Both the position numbers and the translations under genes were made by a program. From Trichoplax adhaerens (Eukaryota > Animalia > Placozoa), in assembly GCF_000150275.1 (NCBI RefSeq), contig NW_002060950.1:2220106-2284105 (forward strand): 64,000 nt of DNA, read 5' to 3'. Of this stretch, positions 31,840-45,600 are shown in pieces. The number at the start of each line of letters is the position of its first letter. Positions within the stretch are counted from its first letter, which is position 1. Under the pieces are notes generated by a model. It did no database searches, was not told the DNA's origin, and saw only the letters and a program-made list of their open reading frames with translations.

Positions 31840-34597
31840 TTAGTAAAAGACCACTGTTATGATGTGACTTGTATACTGATCGTACCAGTGACTGTTGGTT
31901 TGTATTAGAAATTTCAAAGAAATAAAATAATTCTAAGAAATAAATAAAAACATCAAAAGTCAACTGTTCAATGTTCTTAAATTAGTTGAAGCAATTAAGA
32001 AAAAAATTCGACAGAAGAACCGTCATACTAAGTAACAAATTTTTAATATTTCGCTCTCATCAGGTATAAATAAGTCTATCCGTCTGAGACTATCTTGCTG
32101 TATACAGCATATATTGTATGGTTATGGTGTACATCGTGAACACTGTCTAGTAGACAGGTGTATCTAGCGCCAAGAAGTCCTTGGCTATACTTTAGCATTA
32201 ATGATATTACTCAGATAAAAAACGATTGGCTATCCTTACTCCGACTAAATAACCAAAAGTTGGAATACTATTATACTAAAAAATTAGATTATATTTACGT
32301 CACGGAAAGTTGTATTCGTATTGTACATCAGAACGCTATTATTTTAAGTTTACCTAATAAAATTATAGTACGGGTAAAATGGCAGATTACGACTGCAGTA
32401 CATTGTCGGTATTACTATACCTTTCATCCGTTCCTTTTCTTGTCGAGAAATTTGTGTGTGTAAACGAGATCGAATATTAATAGGACTAATCCTAGCCTAT
32501 AGTCTAAGTGAAGGTCATCAAATAAGGATACCAAGAAGAGACTGATTAGCGTTATTATTATCCAACTAAATCGAGTAAGGTTATCTTATTGACTCTTTCA
32601 ACAATAAAATAATTCTTCCATAGCTTCCAGCTTTTATTTTAGTCTGATCCCTTATCAAAAAGAGTCCAATCAATGTTATCTAGTTAGAATTTCCTAGTCA
32701 GATAAACCATATTGATAATTTTATCCTTTGGATAGTCATATGCATTTAATTTAATGGCGATATTTAACCAAATAGTCTTTCCAGCCTGCATTTTAATAAA
32801 CTATATTATTAAGGTATTGTTGAGGCTGGTATGATACCATACTTCGACTATTATTTTGCTTTCCTTAATTTATAAGTAAGCTGATTACATGTTGTAGGTT
32901 ACCGGCGTTATCCATAAATTGATGATATGTCTGCGGGTTCATCCTTGTTACCTACTAGGCCTCTTTCGAGTTCTTGTAGCTATTTTATAGGACACAAACA
33001 TTCGGAATTTCCCCAATAACGCTTTTCACACTGTAGCTTCATTTCAGTAATGGTGTATTAGAAAGATCATGTTAATATGAATATGCCCACAAATACTATA
33101 CTGGCTACTTATTTAACCTTAAGTGGGATATTAACAGATAGGGTTCAATCCTGCAATGATATCTGCATTCCATTAATAGTCAACCAAACCGAGTTGAGAA
33201 TAGATATAAAGTGAATGTATGAGTAACCAGTCCAAACTAGGGCTTATTAACTCCACTTAATCCCTAATAGATCGTTATTGATTACTATTTTAGGTATAAT
33301 CGCTCATTGTGTATAGAGCTACAGCATTGATATTGATGTGCACAATTTTATCACTTACTATAATCAAATATTGAAATGGCATTGAACTTCCGTATTCTAG
33401 TAATTCTTGATATTACATAGACTATTACAATCCACAGTATCTAAAATGTATTTATAGGGCGAAATTGCTGCCGCTTAAATTAATATTGTCTGCTACGTTT
33501 AATGCTACAAATAACTAATCTTTAAGTAGGATAGCGTGTAACATATGTGTCGTGCTACTATAAAAATATTCTTTACTAGAATATAAAAATTAGCTAAAAC
33601 ATATGTTGGCTGCAATATTTGAGATATAAATAATTACAATCTTCCAATAGAGTTATTAACATAAGTATTAGTAATATAAAACAAGGAAGTCTGTCAATAT
33701 TATCGAAATCCATTATTTTATTATCCTTTTTAAGTGCATTCGCTAGAGCCTAATTCTGCTTGGGAGTGTTTACTTAAACACTGTAGGAAGGGAAAGGAAA
33801 AAGAAAATTTGCTCGCTAGCTCCAAATGGAGATCTACTGAAGTAGTGGAGTAGTCTACTGGAGTCAGGTGATCGTCTGTCCATCCGCCCATCAACCCGTT
33901 AATTAATTACATTATGCGCGAAATTATAGTTATTGCAAATCCAATTGCTCTTTAGTCGGTGTCAATCCTAGCAATAAGAGCAGTGTTATTGGACACAGGT
34001 TCCCATTTTTCAATTACTAGTTAAGGGCCATGTTAAGGATCAGTAATAAAGTTGAATGAGCGCAACTTACGTATCTACTACCAGTAATATCCAGTCTAAA
34101 ATCTTTTATTTATCGCTACCGAAAAGTCCAGAGAAATCGAAAGAAAAAGCATACACCATAGGAAGATAGAATTTCAGACCTTATCTTGGGCCGCATTACC
34201 TCTTACTGTTTTTGTAGCCGCTGTAAATCCTCTTATACCGTAAGTATACGTACCGTTAAATCGCACTTAAAAATGTCTACAATCTTAGAGTGTAGTCTGT
34301 GTCAGTCATTCGGATAAAAGTTGAAATCGGCGATGATGATAGAAATCATGAATTGCATAAATCGCATACACTTGCTTGTGACCGCTTATAATCACATATA
34401 TATGATCTGTAACGATGTAGTAACTGTAGTGTATCAGCGACGGTGTCCGTTCGTAGAATAAGATTTACTTACCCGCTCACTAGATTATTGACTGAGCAAG
34501 CCTATTTACTTTGATTACTTATTGCATGCAAAATCGTAATTGAGTTTTAGTGACTTAGGTGTTAAATTTCTTTAGTAGCTTTGCATTTTAGGATACT

Positions 34598-37500
34598 ATG
34601 GATAATTCCGAAGGGGCAGCTTTACTTGATAATAAAAAGGATTACTTAAAGGATTTCAATTCACAACTTGATGGCAATCCTAAAAAGTTCTCTTGTTTAA
34701 AGTTCTTTCGGTCAATCTGGCCCTATTTACAAGTTTGTAAGTAAACGCTCTGAAAAATCTTATACATTTTAATTTGTACCTATGTTACTAGAAAACGTTA
34801 AAGTATTAATGATATTCGTATATATCCACCAGCATTGATTTTTAATCTTTTTCCGTACAGATTTTATTCTTTTGGCCTCTATTCAAGGATTCGGTCTCTT
34901 AGGTAATTAAAATGAGACAAAAATGACGATGAAAATTGATAATCTTTATTGGTTGATGAGCTACTAGCGTGATAGTGGAATAAATAAAATTGTAGTAATC
35001 TATAAAACTAAAGCATATACTTTTAATGAGGACTATACTATCGAAATATCAATAGATATTAAACTTAATTCATTACGTTTTCAATACGACGTACATTTAA
35101 GAGGTTGGATACACCGATTATAATACATTAAATATTAGGAGTGGATACAACCTGTTGCAACACCGATAACATAGTGTACACCCGGCCTTATTTCTTCTAA
35201 CTTATACAGTCTTGGATTAACGCAACTTGTTGCTGCTTTTTTTGATACTATTTTAGCGCTTCCTGATACTTTATCTCACTCTGGTATACAACCATTCATC
35301 GCCGTGACAGCTTTGGCTTTCGTTGTAGAAGTATGAGAAATAATTATAACATGTATCAATAAACTAGTATTAAAACCATGCGATGCATATCATGATATCA
35401 TGTATAGTGCTAAGTTGCCAACAAATTTCTATTACGGTCTATTAAACTACTACCATTGAAACACGAATTTGTCCCTATTTTAATTTGGAAAAGTGACCCC
35501 ATAAGCATTACTATAATAAAATTTTCTTCCCGCTTTTGCTCTTGTTCACTGTTTTAACCTATTTTGTATTATTTATCAACTGGTAGGTTTCGTTGTCGTA
35601 TTATTTTTTAGCAATTGTACAAAAGGCGTCGGCAATTCGACGAAACGGCCATTCGTACAAATATATCAAGGTAATGTTTAAAGCTCTGTAGATACGACTG
35701 CAACGAGTTTTTCGAGTAGTAAAAGTTTACTTACTGATCTTTTATTTGTTTGTTAATAGCTTTTCACACATACGAGCACCAGACAATTATTAGCATCCAA
35801 TTTTTTCGTAAATAATTTGTAGTACCATCGTCTGATCGATAAAGCCATATCAATTTTTATTCTTTTTAAAGATTGGGTCGGATTAGTGTTCATTAAAACA
35901 AGTGAATTAAATTTTCTCATATACCAGAATTGTACCTCTTAGGGAGTACACACAATCTTTATAATTTCACTTTACTTTCTAACATTTTTTTGATTTATTA
36001 TGCCTAAAGAATTAGGTCTTTAATTTTTTATTAATTTGAATTATCCCTATGGATTAGAAATGCAAGCCTCCATTTTCATTACTAAACTAGATATGATTTT
36101 CTTTCTATGGTTTTATGGAGCATCGCCACCCTACGAATTCATAAAATGTTAATATTTTGCTTTTATTTAAACAACTAGTAATGAACGGAATTATCTACAT
36201 TACCCATGGGTCCTATCTATCTAGTGTCAATTGAGTACCGCACATTACTTTGCATAATTGTATATTTAAGCATAGTTGGAATGACTACGTCTATTAGACG
36301 AGGTAATGATACAATATGGTATAGAATGTTATGGAAATCAGTTTATTGTAAACCTTATGACAGTGGATAAGTTGATCATTGAGTTTATTTTACTATTACT
36401 ATAGCGACGTTCATATCGTATAGCTGTGGGAATAGCAGTCATTGTTTTCGTCAGCTAATAATTATATTTCCACAATGAAATCATTTTTTTGTTAAATCTA
36501 TTCAAACATCGAGGTACCTCCCCTTCCTATTCTAGATTATTTCTAATTCAGTCTAGATAAATAATTGTATACATTATATATACATTATATAGATCGGCAA
36601 GATGTGTCCTAATTGATATTGAATACAATAGCAATCGTTAGTGGAGCAAGTAGGAAATTGCGTGTTAGCCTATTTTTACCGCATACCATTCATCGATTAC
36701 ATTAGCAATTTATTTATTTCATAGGCATTTATTTTATAGCAATTATAGTCATTTGAAGCTTTCAACGATTTTTTATCAGTCATGACTTAATGTCATAAAT
36801 TAACTATGTGGCAAGGCAGCGTAAGATAAAAAGCCATTGAGTTCAATTCCTGTAACATCTGTCTGGGATTGATGTCTGACATAGTACTGCTGGGCCTGAT
36901 CCGTACTCTTGTAGCAATCTAATAATTCAATTTAACACATCAATTTAGTTCACTCACTATAAACGCGACTAAGAGGCATAAAACAGAACAATCTATTTTA
37001 AAATTTTGCTCTAGAACTGTATCTCTTATACGTATATCTGCCATGTTACATTTAAGCAAGTCTAATCTTTCACTCACCTTTCCTGAAGCATATATCTTCA
37101 CTTATTAGTACTATTTCATGGACTAATAGATAACATATTGCAATAGACTTTTATCTAGTAGTTCTTTAACCATTTCTAACATAGGCGCTTTATTAGTAAA
37201 CGATGTTTAATTTATCACTTGCGGTATATATAACCTTAATTTTAGCAAGGTTCGTATCTCATTCACTCTTTATGTATTAATAACAATTGAAACCAAGTAT
37301 GACATCGGTGCATTACCTTTATCTTAAGTAATAATCGAAACAGTAAATTGACTATCATATTTAGCATTTAAGTTATAGGCTTTATCCCATCGACTTAAGC
37401 AATTAAGATGCTCTAAAAGTGAATTGATACCGTAACATTTACTCACTTACCTAGCCTTCCGAACTGTAATAAATTCCTCCTAAATCAAACGAAGTGAATT

Positions 37501-40500
37501 TTTGTTAGATCAAATAAGGAAATAGAGTTTCTCAGCGCAATGGATATCAAGCTGATGAATTGCTGATAAAGCTGAGTTGCTACGTCATCTTGGATGACTA
37601 TAAATGCTTTTAATTTTACACATTAGAATGACTATGTGAAGGATACTTTGCTTAGGCAGCAACAAGTAGTTGCCCTGATAAAGTTATCGATCGCTATTTA
37701 TGAAGAGTTAATAAAAGATTAATCGCGGTAGATATTGCGCGTGGTTCACAACTTTTCCTTATAGAAAGATATGGATTTAATAAATTTTACTTTTCTACAT
37801 ATAGTTATTATGATTACGGGTTCCTTCCATACGTATAGAGAATTGTTACAAAAGGCATTGGCTAGATAGAACATAATTGACGTAATGATCAATGTTCTAC
37901 AAAATAATTATGTACTAAAGAAAGCCTTCATTTTATAATAAGTGCTAATCAGAAGCCGTTGCAGGAAATCATCGAGTTTTGTAATGAACCTAGGCGACTA
38001 CCGACTAATGCAATGAATTAAACTGTAACTGATTAAATTACATTTTACAGGAGGATTCTGACGATAAAACCATTGATCAGCTGTTGGATGAACAACAGAA
38101 GGATTCTGATGTAAACCTGCATATGATTGCGGAATCTTTCTTACCATCTTATGCTATTATTATCTTTGACATTGTTTGCTTTGGAACTTTGTAAGTATGA
38201 TTCTGTAAGAAATATAGACCTATCTGCTTAGCCCTAGCAATCTATTTATTCTATCTTTATCAATTTAGATTGAAGGGAAATAATTAAATTGCAAATTAAT
38301 AAAATTCTATTTGTCATTTATGATTTCTTTTTTTAGCTTTACTTGTCAAGTTGCCAATGTATTATCCGGCAGTCAAGCATATGGCGATTTATTTAATTTA
38401 AGGTAGTTGATAAGAACGTACACTATCTACTTTAGTGCTGTGCACTTATGCAGTTTTTAGCGGGCAATGTGATCTTTACAAAGCTTATAATCATATTTGA
38501 GATTGTTTGGTGTTTCATACTCATTACTTCTCGGAATGATAATTTTATGTTTTCTAATACCGCATATAGCTATAAAGCAATAATGCCTATATATGTATGG
38601 ATTGGAGCTCTACTTCTAATCTTTGGTAGATACTATCTTGTAAATATCATTTCAACAATATCTCTTATTCGATGCGGATTGTTAACGATTATGGTAAGGT
38701 TTAATGAAATATTATGATAGTTAGCTTGCTGCTAGTTCTTGTACTAGCCTATACCGAAAATTTAAAAGCGCTTCTGAGCCGTATAGGCACAGAAAATTAC
38801 AATAGGAGTTTCTTTAATGTCTTATAAACACTTTCTAACTTAGTATGCTTCATTTCATGCATTATGGATTCAGATTATCATGTGCTTCGTCGTTGGCTAC
38901 TTTATTCATAATACTATACAGAATGATTGGCACTATGTTATATCTCCACTATTTATTGCGTTGAATGCTATGGGAGGCACAGCTCGTATGATACCTTATC
39001 TAATTAATCTGGTTAAGTTTAATAGAAAAAGTGTAAGTAAATATTAACTTTGTATGGCGCAGAACTTTACATTTTAAAATCAATAGTAAGGAGCCTAATA
39101 AATTAAATTGTTTTTAATCTGGTAGATGATCTATTTTTTTATTGCTACGGCTTGTGCTCAATTCACTGCAGCATTCCTAAATATTATGTGGTAAGTTTTT
39201 AAGCGATTTTGGTAATGCTAGAGTCAACCTGAATTATGCAAAGAATTCATAAGCTATTGTGTTAAAATTAACAAAATGACGATATGCTTCTTTATAAAAT
39301 AGGAGTTACGCAGTCTTATATGTTGTTCCACAAACATGCAGTCAGATACCAGAGAAATTTTTCGATACGGAAAATGCATCACCGGAAAATTTTTGCAATC
39401 TTACTTTAGAATGGTACGCTTTATGTCTATAGGTTACATTTACAAATATCTGCTTCCGTTGAATATATATTTGTGTCTTATGAACGCCATGATGATTAGA
39501 GAATACATCTATGGAGAGCATTATTTAGTGCCTGGTATCATAAAAGAAAATTAAATTGCAAAATATTTTTATATCACTTTAGGGCGAAGGCGACCGGATC
39601 CATTGCAACAACTCCGCTAACAACTGTAAGTCTAACTTTCATTGCGAATGTGTTTTTACATCTATTTGGCTTGTATCTTACTCGATTTGTGCATAAAGAC
39701 GTAATTCAAAAATTATTTTATGGTACTGTTTAATTCTGTATGTAGTATATTATTTGTTAATATACCAGAAATAAAGTAATTTAGTATAAACTGACTTGAA
39801 ATTTTCAATATACAAACTATGCTTTACGATCATAGTTAGCATCAATTTATATTTAACACTTTGAAATATGCAAGTATTAGAATATGTGTAATACTAAATT
39901 TAAATGCTTTCATGAGAAATTGGGATGAATAGAGTCAAAAGTGTAAAATTTTTTAACCTTGGTATTGATATTTTCTAGATATTCCAACGTTATTACCCGC
40001 AATATCAGTGGACATCAGTTATGGTTAAGATACTTATCATGCTATCTGTTACAGTTTCTTATTTGTCTACTGGATTGCCATTAGCAACATGGGGTAGGAA
40101 TATTTCGGTTCGATACATAATAATATTACGATATGATATAAAAAGTGTATTTAAAATAGTACATTTTACTGACATGTAACTACTAGAAAATGATACTGTT
40201 TGCTCATCATGGTATAATTTAACTATGATATGTAATTGCAATAATTAGTTTGATAAGATATTAATATGTAGAATAGCAATGTAACATTTCTTACTACTGC
40301 TATTACCTATCGGTGCATCTTGATTTTCGATTCTTAATTATGAAATTAAATAATGTGGCAGGAATTGGCGTTAATAAGAGTATATGGAAGTTTTTTAAAA
40401 AGGGAAATACTGAAAAAACAGATGAAGAATTACTTAAGCCTTCTAGCACTGAAAATGGCTGGCTAAAGTGTGTATTGCAATTTGAATATATCTAGCTTCG

Positions 40501-41095
40501 TACTTTTGCGATGTCAATCAGAAATTTCAACTCCAAGTTTACATTTTCTTGGTTTCATCGTTTTTTATTTAAACTTATACATTAGATTTACCGGACTGAT
40601 TATCCAAGTTTTATCTTTTGCATCGATTTATGTTGTGTCGTTGTGTTATCCGCAGGTAAGGATAAATGCGTTTCATTCTTAGTTTTAATTTTCCAATACT
40701 TAACAAAATTGATTAATGCATTTTATTTTATACTTTCACTACAGGGATTTTACTTCTTTTCTAGTTATGCTAACCCTTTCTTTGTATTTCTTCTTGATGG
40801 AATATTTATGATAATACTGTTTCGAAAAGCAACTAGCAAAGAGTTTAGGTTAGATTTGATATAAAAATCTTTTAATCTGGTACCCCGTTTATTGTATAGC
40901 TAAGAAGTAATCTAAATCTTATTACGATAAAATTTTTAACTTTTTTTATGTTTCAAATTTATATAATCTAGTGACGTTGAGATTCCATTTGCTATTCCGA
41001 CTTATTGCCAATTTGGAGCCTACCTGGTTTCATTATTTTTCATTGCTGTTGCTATACTTGATTTCTTATCTATGATTAAAGTGATCCGTACATAG
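34598..41095 (+). CDS. Multi-pass amino-acid permease-like transporter (APC superfamily, AAAP/HAAAP-like), paralog A; 16 coding exons
   Basis: ATG at 34598; YFILLASIQGFGLLALPDTLSHSGIQPF (TM1 GxGxLxLP..G); VNLHMIAESFLP; NVLSGSQAYG; AMGGTARMIPYL; WSYAVLYVVPQTC; GSIATTPL; SVTVSYLSTG; VEIPFAIP; stop at 41093-41095. All junctions are GT-AG and phase-compatible. Confidence 0.85.
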
Positions 41096-42609
41096 TTTTA
41101 AAAAAGAGCAGCTCTAGTGATTTTTTTGTAACTGCATCTATTATTTAGTTGTGAATTTAGTTAATAATGGCCTCAGATTTTATTTTATTGACACTAATAT
41201 TGTACAGTATTTACTATAAAGATATATTTAGTTAAGGCTCAATGCCTAAAATTGAGGATTAGGTAGATTCCTATTTACTTCTTATCTTGTTTATATCATT
41301 ACTTTATGATTCTGAAGAATGAGATAGCTGCATCTATTTGTTTTTAAAGCGATATAGTTCTATTAAGGACGATATTTGAATTATTTGTTTTTAATCAAAA
41401 TGAGGAAATTTCTTGATGTGTTTAAATAAAATATTTGAAGAGATGTTTGAATTAATTAAATTGTAGGTCTATTGGGTGAATACGTTGAATATTACTATTA
41501 AGGACAGTATTACTGTACATTCTAGATATGATTTATTTGGATGTGCAATTTGCAAAATTTTTTTTATTCGAGAGTGTTGGTAATTTATTATTGAATCGAT
41601 AACTTGCTAGTGTACATGATATAAACTCCTTCTCGTTATATTCCGTGAGAATAATGGCATTTATAGGTTATGACATTCAGGCTAAATATGAGGCCGTTTT
41701 GGAAGTCTTAATTTTTTGCCATCTAAAAGTACATCCTACGAATGCGATAGTCTAGTAATTGTTTCATTGCTTTATTCTTCAATAATTGACTTTGCACGGC
41801 CATTTATCGCGTCTTAGTTCATATAATTGTAACTTAGAAACATTACATGGATGCAGTCTTACTCAATCTGTCAGTAAATAATGACTTATTCCACTCTTGG
41901 CTCTATGAATCCAAGCGTTTTGTAACCTTAGGCTTTATCTCAATTTCTTATTTGCTATTCCAAAATCAATACATTATAGAAAAAGGTCTATGATCCATTT
42001 TATGTGTATACATATCGTACTTCTTAACCAATTACTAGTAATAGTCTTTATCCATTGCACTACAGTATTATTTGTGAGTACTGACAATGCCTTAATTTCC
42101 TTTTAAGTACTTAAGACGAATCAATGTTGCTAATTTTAAATATCTTTTTCTAGGCGAATGCTAACTGCTACTTTTTACTCTAAGAACTGAGCGTATAGTC
42201 TTATGCAACGCGTAATTTCTATTTGAATAACCCTGTACTAATTTGGATGTTGTCTATAATCTACTTACTTGCACATGGATGACTAACAAGTAATCCTATT
42301 CAGTCAAAGTCTGATATAATCTTTGTTCTCCTTTTATTCTACATTATTGTTACACTTATTTCTATCGGAAAAAGCTAACAGAATCGTTGTCTCAAGGGAG
42401 ATGACAATGACATTGTTATAAGTAGAGGTTAATATGCTGTTCGCTTCACATGATTAAAAGTTCTGATGAAATTAATTTAAATTATAACGTTTTGGTTAAA
42501 GTCAGCGAATTTAATGTTGGTGATGATCTGATTTACTTCGACATCGTCAATATATGTTATATGTAAAGAAGTTATTATCAGACGCAAGATATTTTAAAGA
42601 AGTTTAAAC

Positions 42610-45600
42610 ATGCACTCTAATCGAGACACAGTTTCGAGCTCTCTAGTAGCAGACAATAAATTTGCCCTTTTTTTAGCGCAATGCTTTCAATGTTGGCAAT
42701 CTATTCTGCCCTATTGCAGTGTTTGTAAGTAGAATAACATTAATGGTGTCTAGATTAAACTAAAATTTTTCAATGTAGTCGCCATAGTTATATGTTCTTG
42801 TAGATTAAAGTTGTTGCCATAGCAAGTGATTGTCTATAAATAATGTTACTTATATCGTACATTGAGTTACGGTAATTAGATCGAAATTATTAATCAAAGT
42901 CATGGATTTATGAGCGTTCAGAATCAGTACTTTGCTCATAGTTGCACGTTTGGAATAAATTTTGAGTATCTTAGCTATCGATAAGATCAGAGTCAGGAAA
43001 TTAATTTAAAATTCATTTAAATTTATTAAAAACTGATGTTTACTAACGGAATATTTCGCTTTATTTAGACTTTATAAGTTTAGCTTACTTACAAGGTTAT
43101 ACTCTATTAGGTAAGTAGAACGGCTAGGATAGTGTAATTATGGTAAATTTTAGGTTGACATTAATCTTGTAGATCAGGATTCACTTTATACGATAATTCT
43201 GATTTATTGACTGATATGATATAGACCAAAAATTAAAGTTTATTGGACTAAATATAAGCTGAATTTTATTACTGATTTACAATTAAAAGCCATTTAAATT
43301 GTAATTTCTATAATTCTACCTACTGATCTCTCAAATATGTGTCGAAAATAAGTTGAATGAGGAAAGTAGAAAGCTAGAAATAAGTTAGATTAAATTATGA
43401 GGTTGCAGTGCCAATTTCCAATATTACCTATCAGTAATCACATAACTATGATTTCAGGTTAAATCTATAATAGTTTATTCAATAGACGGGTGAGAACTGA
43501 ACAGCGGCCTAGGTTACTGCACTTACCTTTTAAATATTTGCTGCATTATTTCTCTATGCCTGGATCTATTAAATAGCAATGCCAAATAGCATAGCGCATA
43601 CAGGAATCCGCCCGTTTGTAGCTATTTCGTTTTTAGCCTTAATAACTGAGGTATGATTCTATCCGCTTGATTTTATGGCTTACGTAGTTACGGATTATAC
43701 TGCAAACTAGTTTACTGCGGTGCTTTTTGCGGACTTACTGCTGTTTTATTGCTATAGACTTTTGCTGCCTTTTTATTCCTAATCATTCTACAGAAAGCAA
43801 TAGCATTAAGAGCAAATGGTTTTATGTATTATCAGGTAAAATTCTAACACTAGCTCAAATTCGTCGAGACCTAACAAAATTTTACTGGAGCTTTTACTGT
43901 ATATGATTATTGAATGCAATTATGCAATTTCTTGGGTATAAAAGTAGCTTACATTGAAAATTAGCTGAGCTAGCACTATAATGTATAACGTTTTTGTCTC
44001 GTGGCTTGTAGTATAATTTTGCTCTGCTTAATAATTATAAAATTAAAATTTATGTTAATGCCGCCCTACTCTAGCTCAAACCTGTCGATGATAAGTTAGA
44101 TGAGAATCAGGAAGACTTATACGATGATTCCAAAATCAATTTTCACTTAATCTCAGAAATGTTTCTACCCATTTATCTACAAGTTGGATTTGATCTTCTG
44201 TGTCTGGTATTATTGTAAGTAAAGTGAGACTGCGGTCTCTGGATGATTGATTTAGTACGCTTAGGATAAGTAATAAAGCAGCAAGTGAAAAGCTAGTAAT
44301 TACTAAATACTGGTAATTAAGATTGATTAAATTCTCTTATATTGTCACTAGCGGTGTGTCTGAAATAACGAATGGCTTATCTGGTAGTCAAATTTTCGCA
44401 GTAGCTTTGCATAGCAGGTAATATCGAAAATAGAGTTAGAGTAGAAGAATTGCGTTATTATAAAATATGCTGTAAGGTGCTTATCTTTCGAGCATGCAAA
44501 AGTAATAGTATTATTTATTATGATATTTAATAGTATATCAGATTCTGTAATCAAAAATAACTAAATCAAAATAGAAATTGACCAACCTTGTATATTAAGT
44601 GTAGTCAGGATATCAGTGGATATAAGATCATTACGGTTGTATCATCGTATAAGAGAGTTCTTTAACATAGTACTAGGGCTGTTCTTCCTGGATTTATATG
44701 GATTGGTGCGAGTCTACTAATTTTTATGAGAAGATTTCTTAACCGTTTTATCCCTGTGCTATCATTAATACCCTTGGTAATATTAATTGTTACGGTATGT
44801 GAACATATAAATTAACAACTTCAAGGATACACTGTTAAAGAATGAAAAATTCTCAAAATCCTCCTAATTTATTAGTTGTTACTTATGTGTTTTTTCTCGG
44901 TTTATTTGGTATATAGTGCTGATTGATATGCGCTATCTTGCTATATAACCCTTTAAACTTACTTAATGTCTTTTTAATTGAATGTGTGATTAAAATTTTT
45001 AATAATGCTTTTAATAACTAGGAATTATTTTCTCCTTATTTTATCCAAGCAACGAAAACTTAAGATTGATTTTTTAAGATCTTTTCATATTAATAACTGA
45101 TTCAAGTTTTCAATTAAATTTTACGATTAGGTTGTATGTTGTTTGGTTGTTGGAAATGCTATTCATAATCCAATTCATAGCAGTTGGGAATATGGGGCCT
45201 CACCACTTTTAATTGTACTAGCATCATTGGGTGGTACAGCAAGATTAATGCCTTATTTAGTTAATTTTATTCAGTTTGAAAGGAAAAGTGTTAGTTTTAA
45301 CCAAAGCTACTTATTTATATTGAAAATTTCTGTCAGCTTTTGGCTGTTAACTGTTCTTAAATTCAATAATCTATTTAACTTGCTATCTACAGTTAATTTA
45401 TTTCTACTTATCCATCATTTTGGCACAAATTACTACCACTGTACTGAATATTCTATGGTATGTTGCCAGCGTAAAATTGCTTTGCTTGTTTTAGACTCTT
45501 CTAGTTATTGTCTTTAACTATGTATTTCTTGACGAACGATGCACATTCATGATAAAATTGGCAAAATATTGATCTTGCTTTTACTATTATCGTAGGTGTT

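Noticed and set aside
35210-35257. Upstream acceptor for permease A exon 3 that would imply a frameshift/pseudogene
   Set aside because: The downstream acceptor at ~35257 gives ALPD.. in phase and matches paralogs B and C.
36805-36860. tRNA/SINE-like B-box GTTCAATTCC in a permease intron
   Set aside because: The T-stem and acceptor stem do not pair; no cloverleaf.
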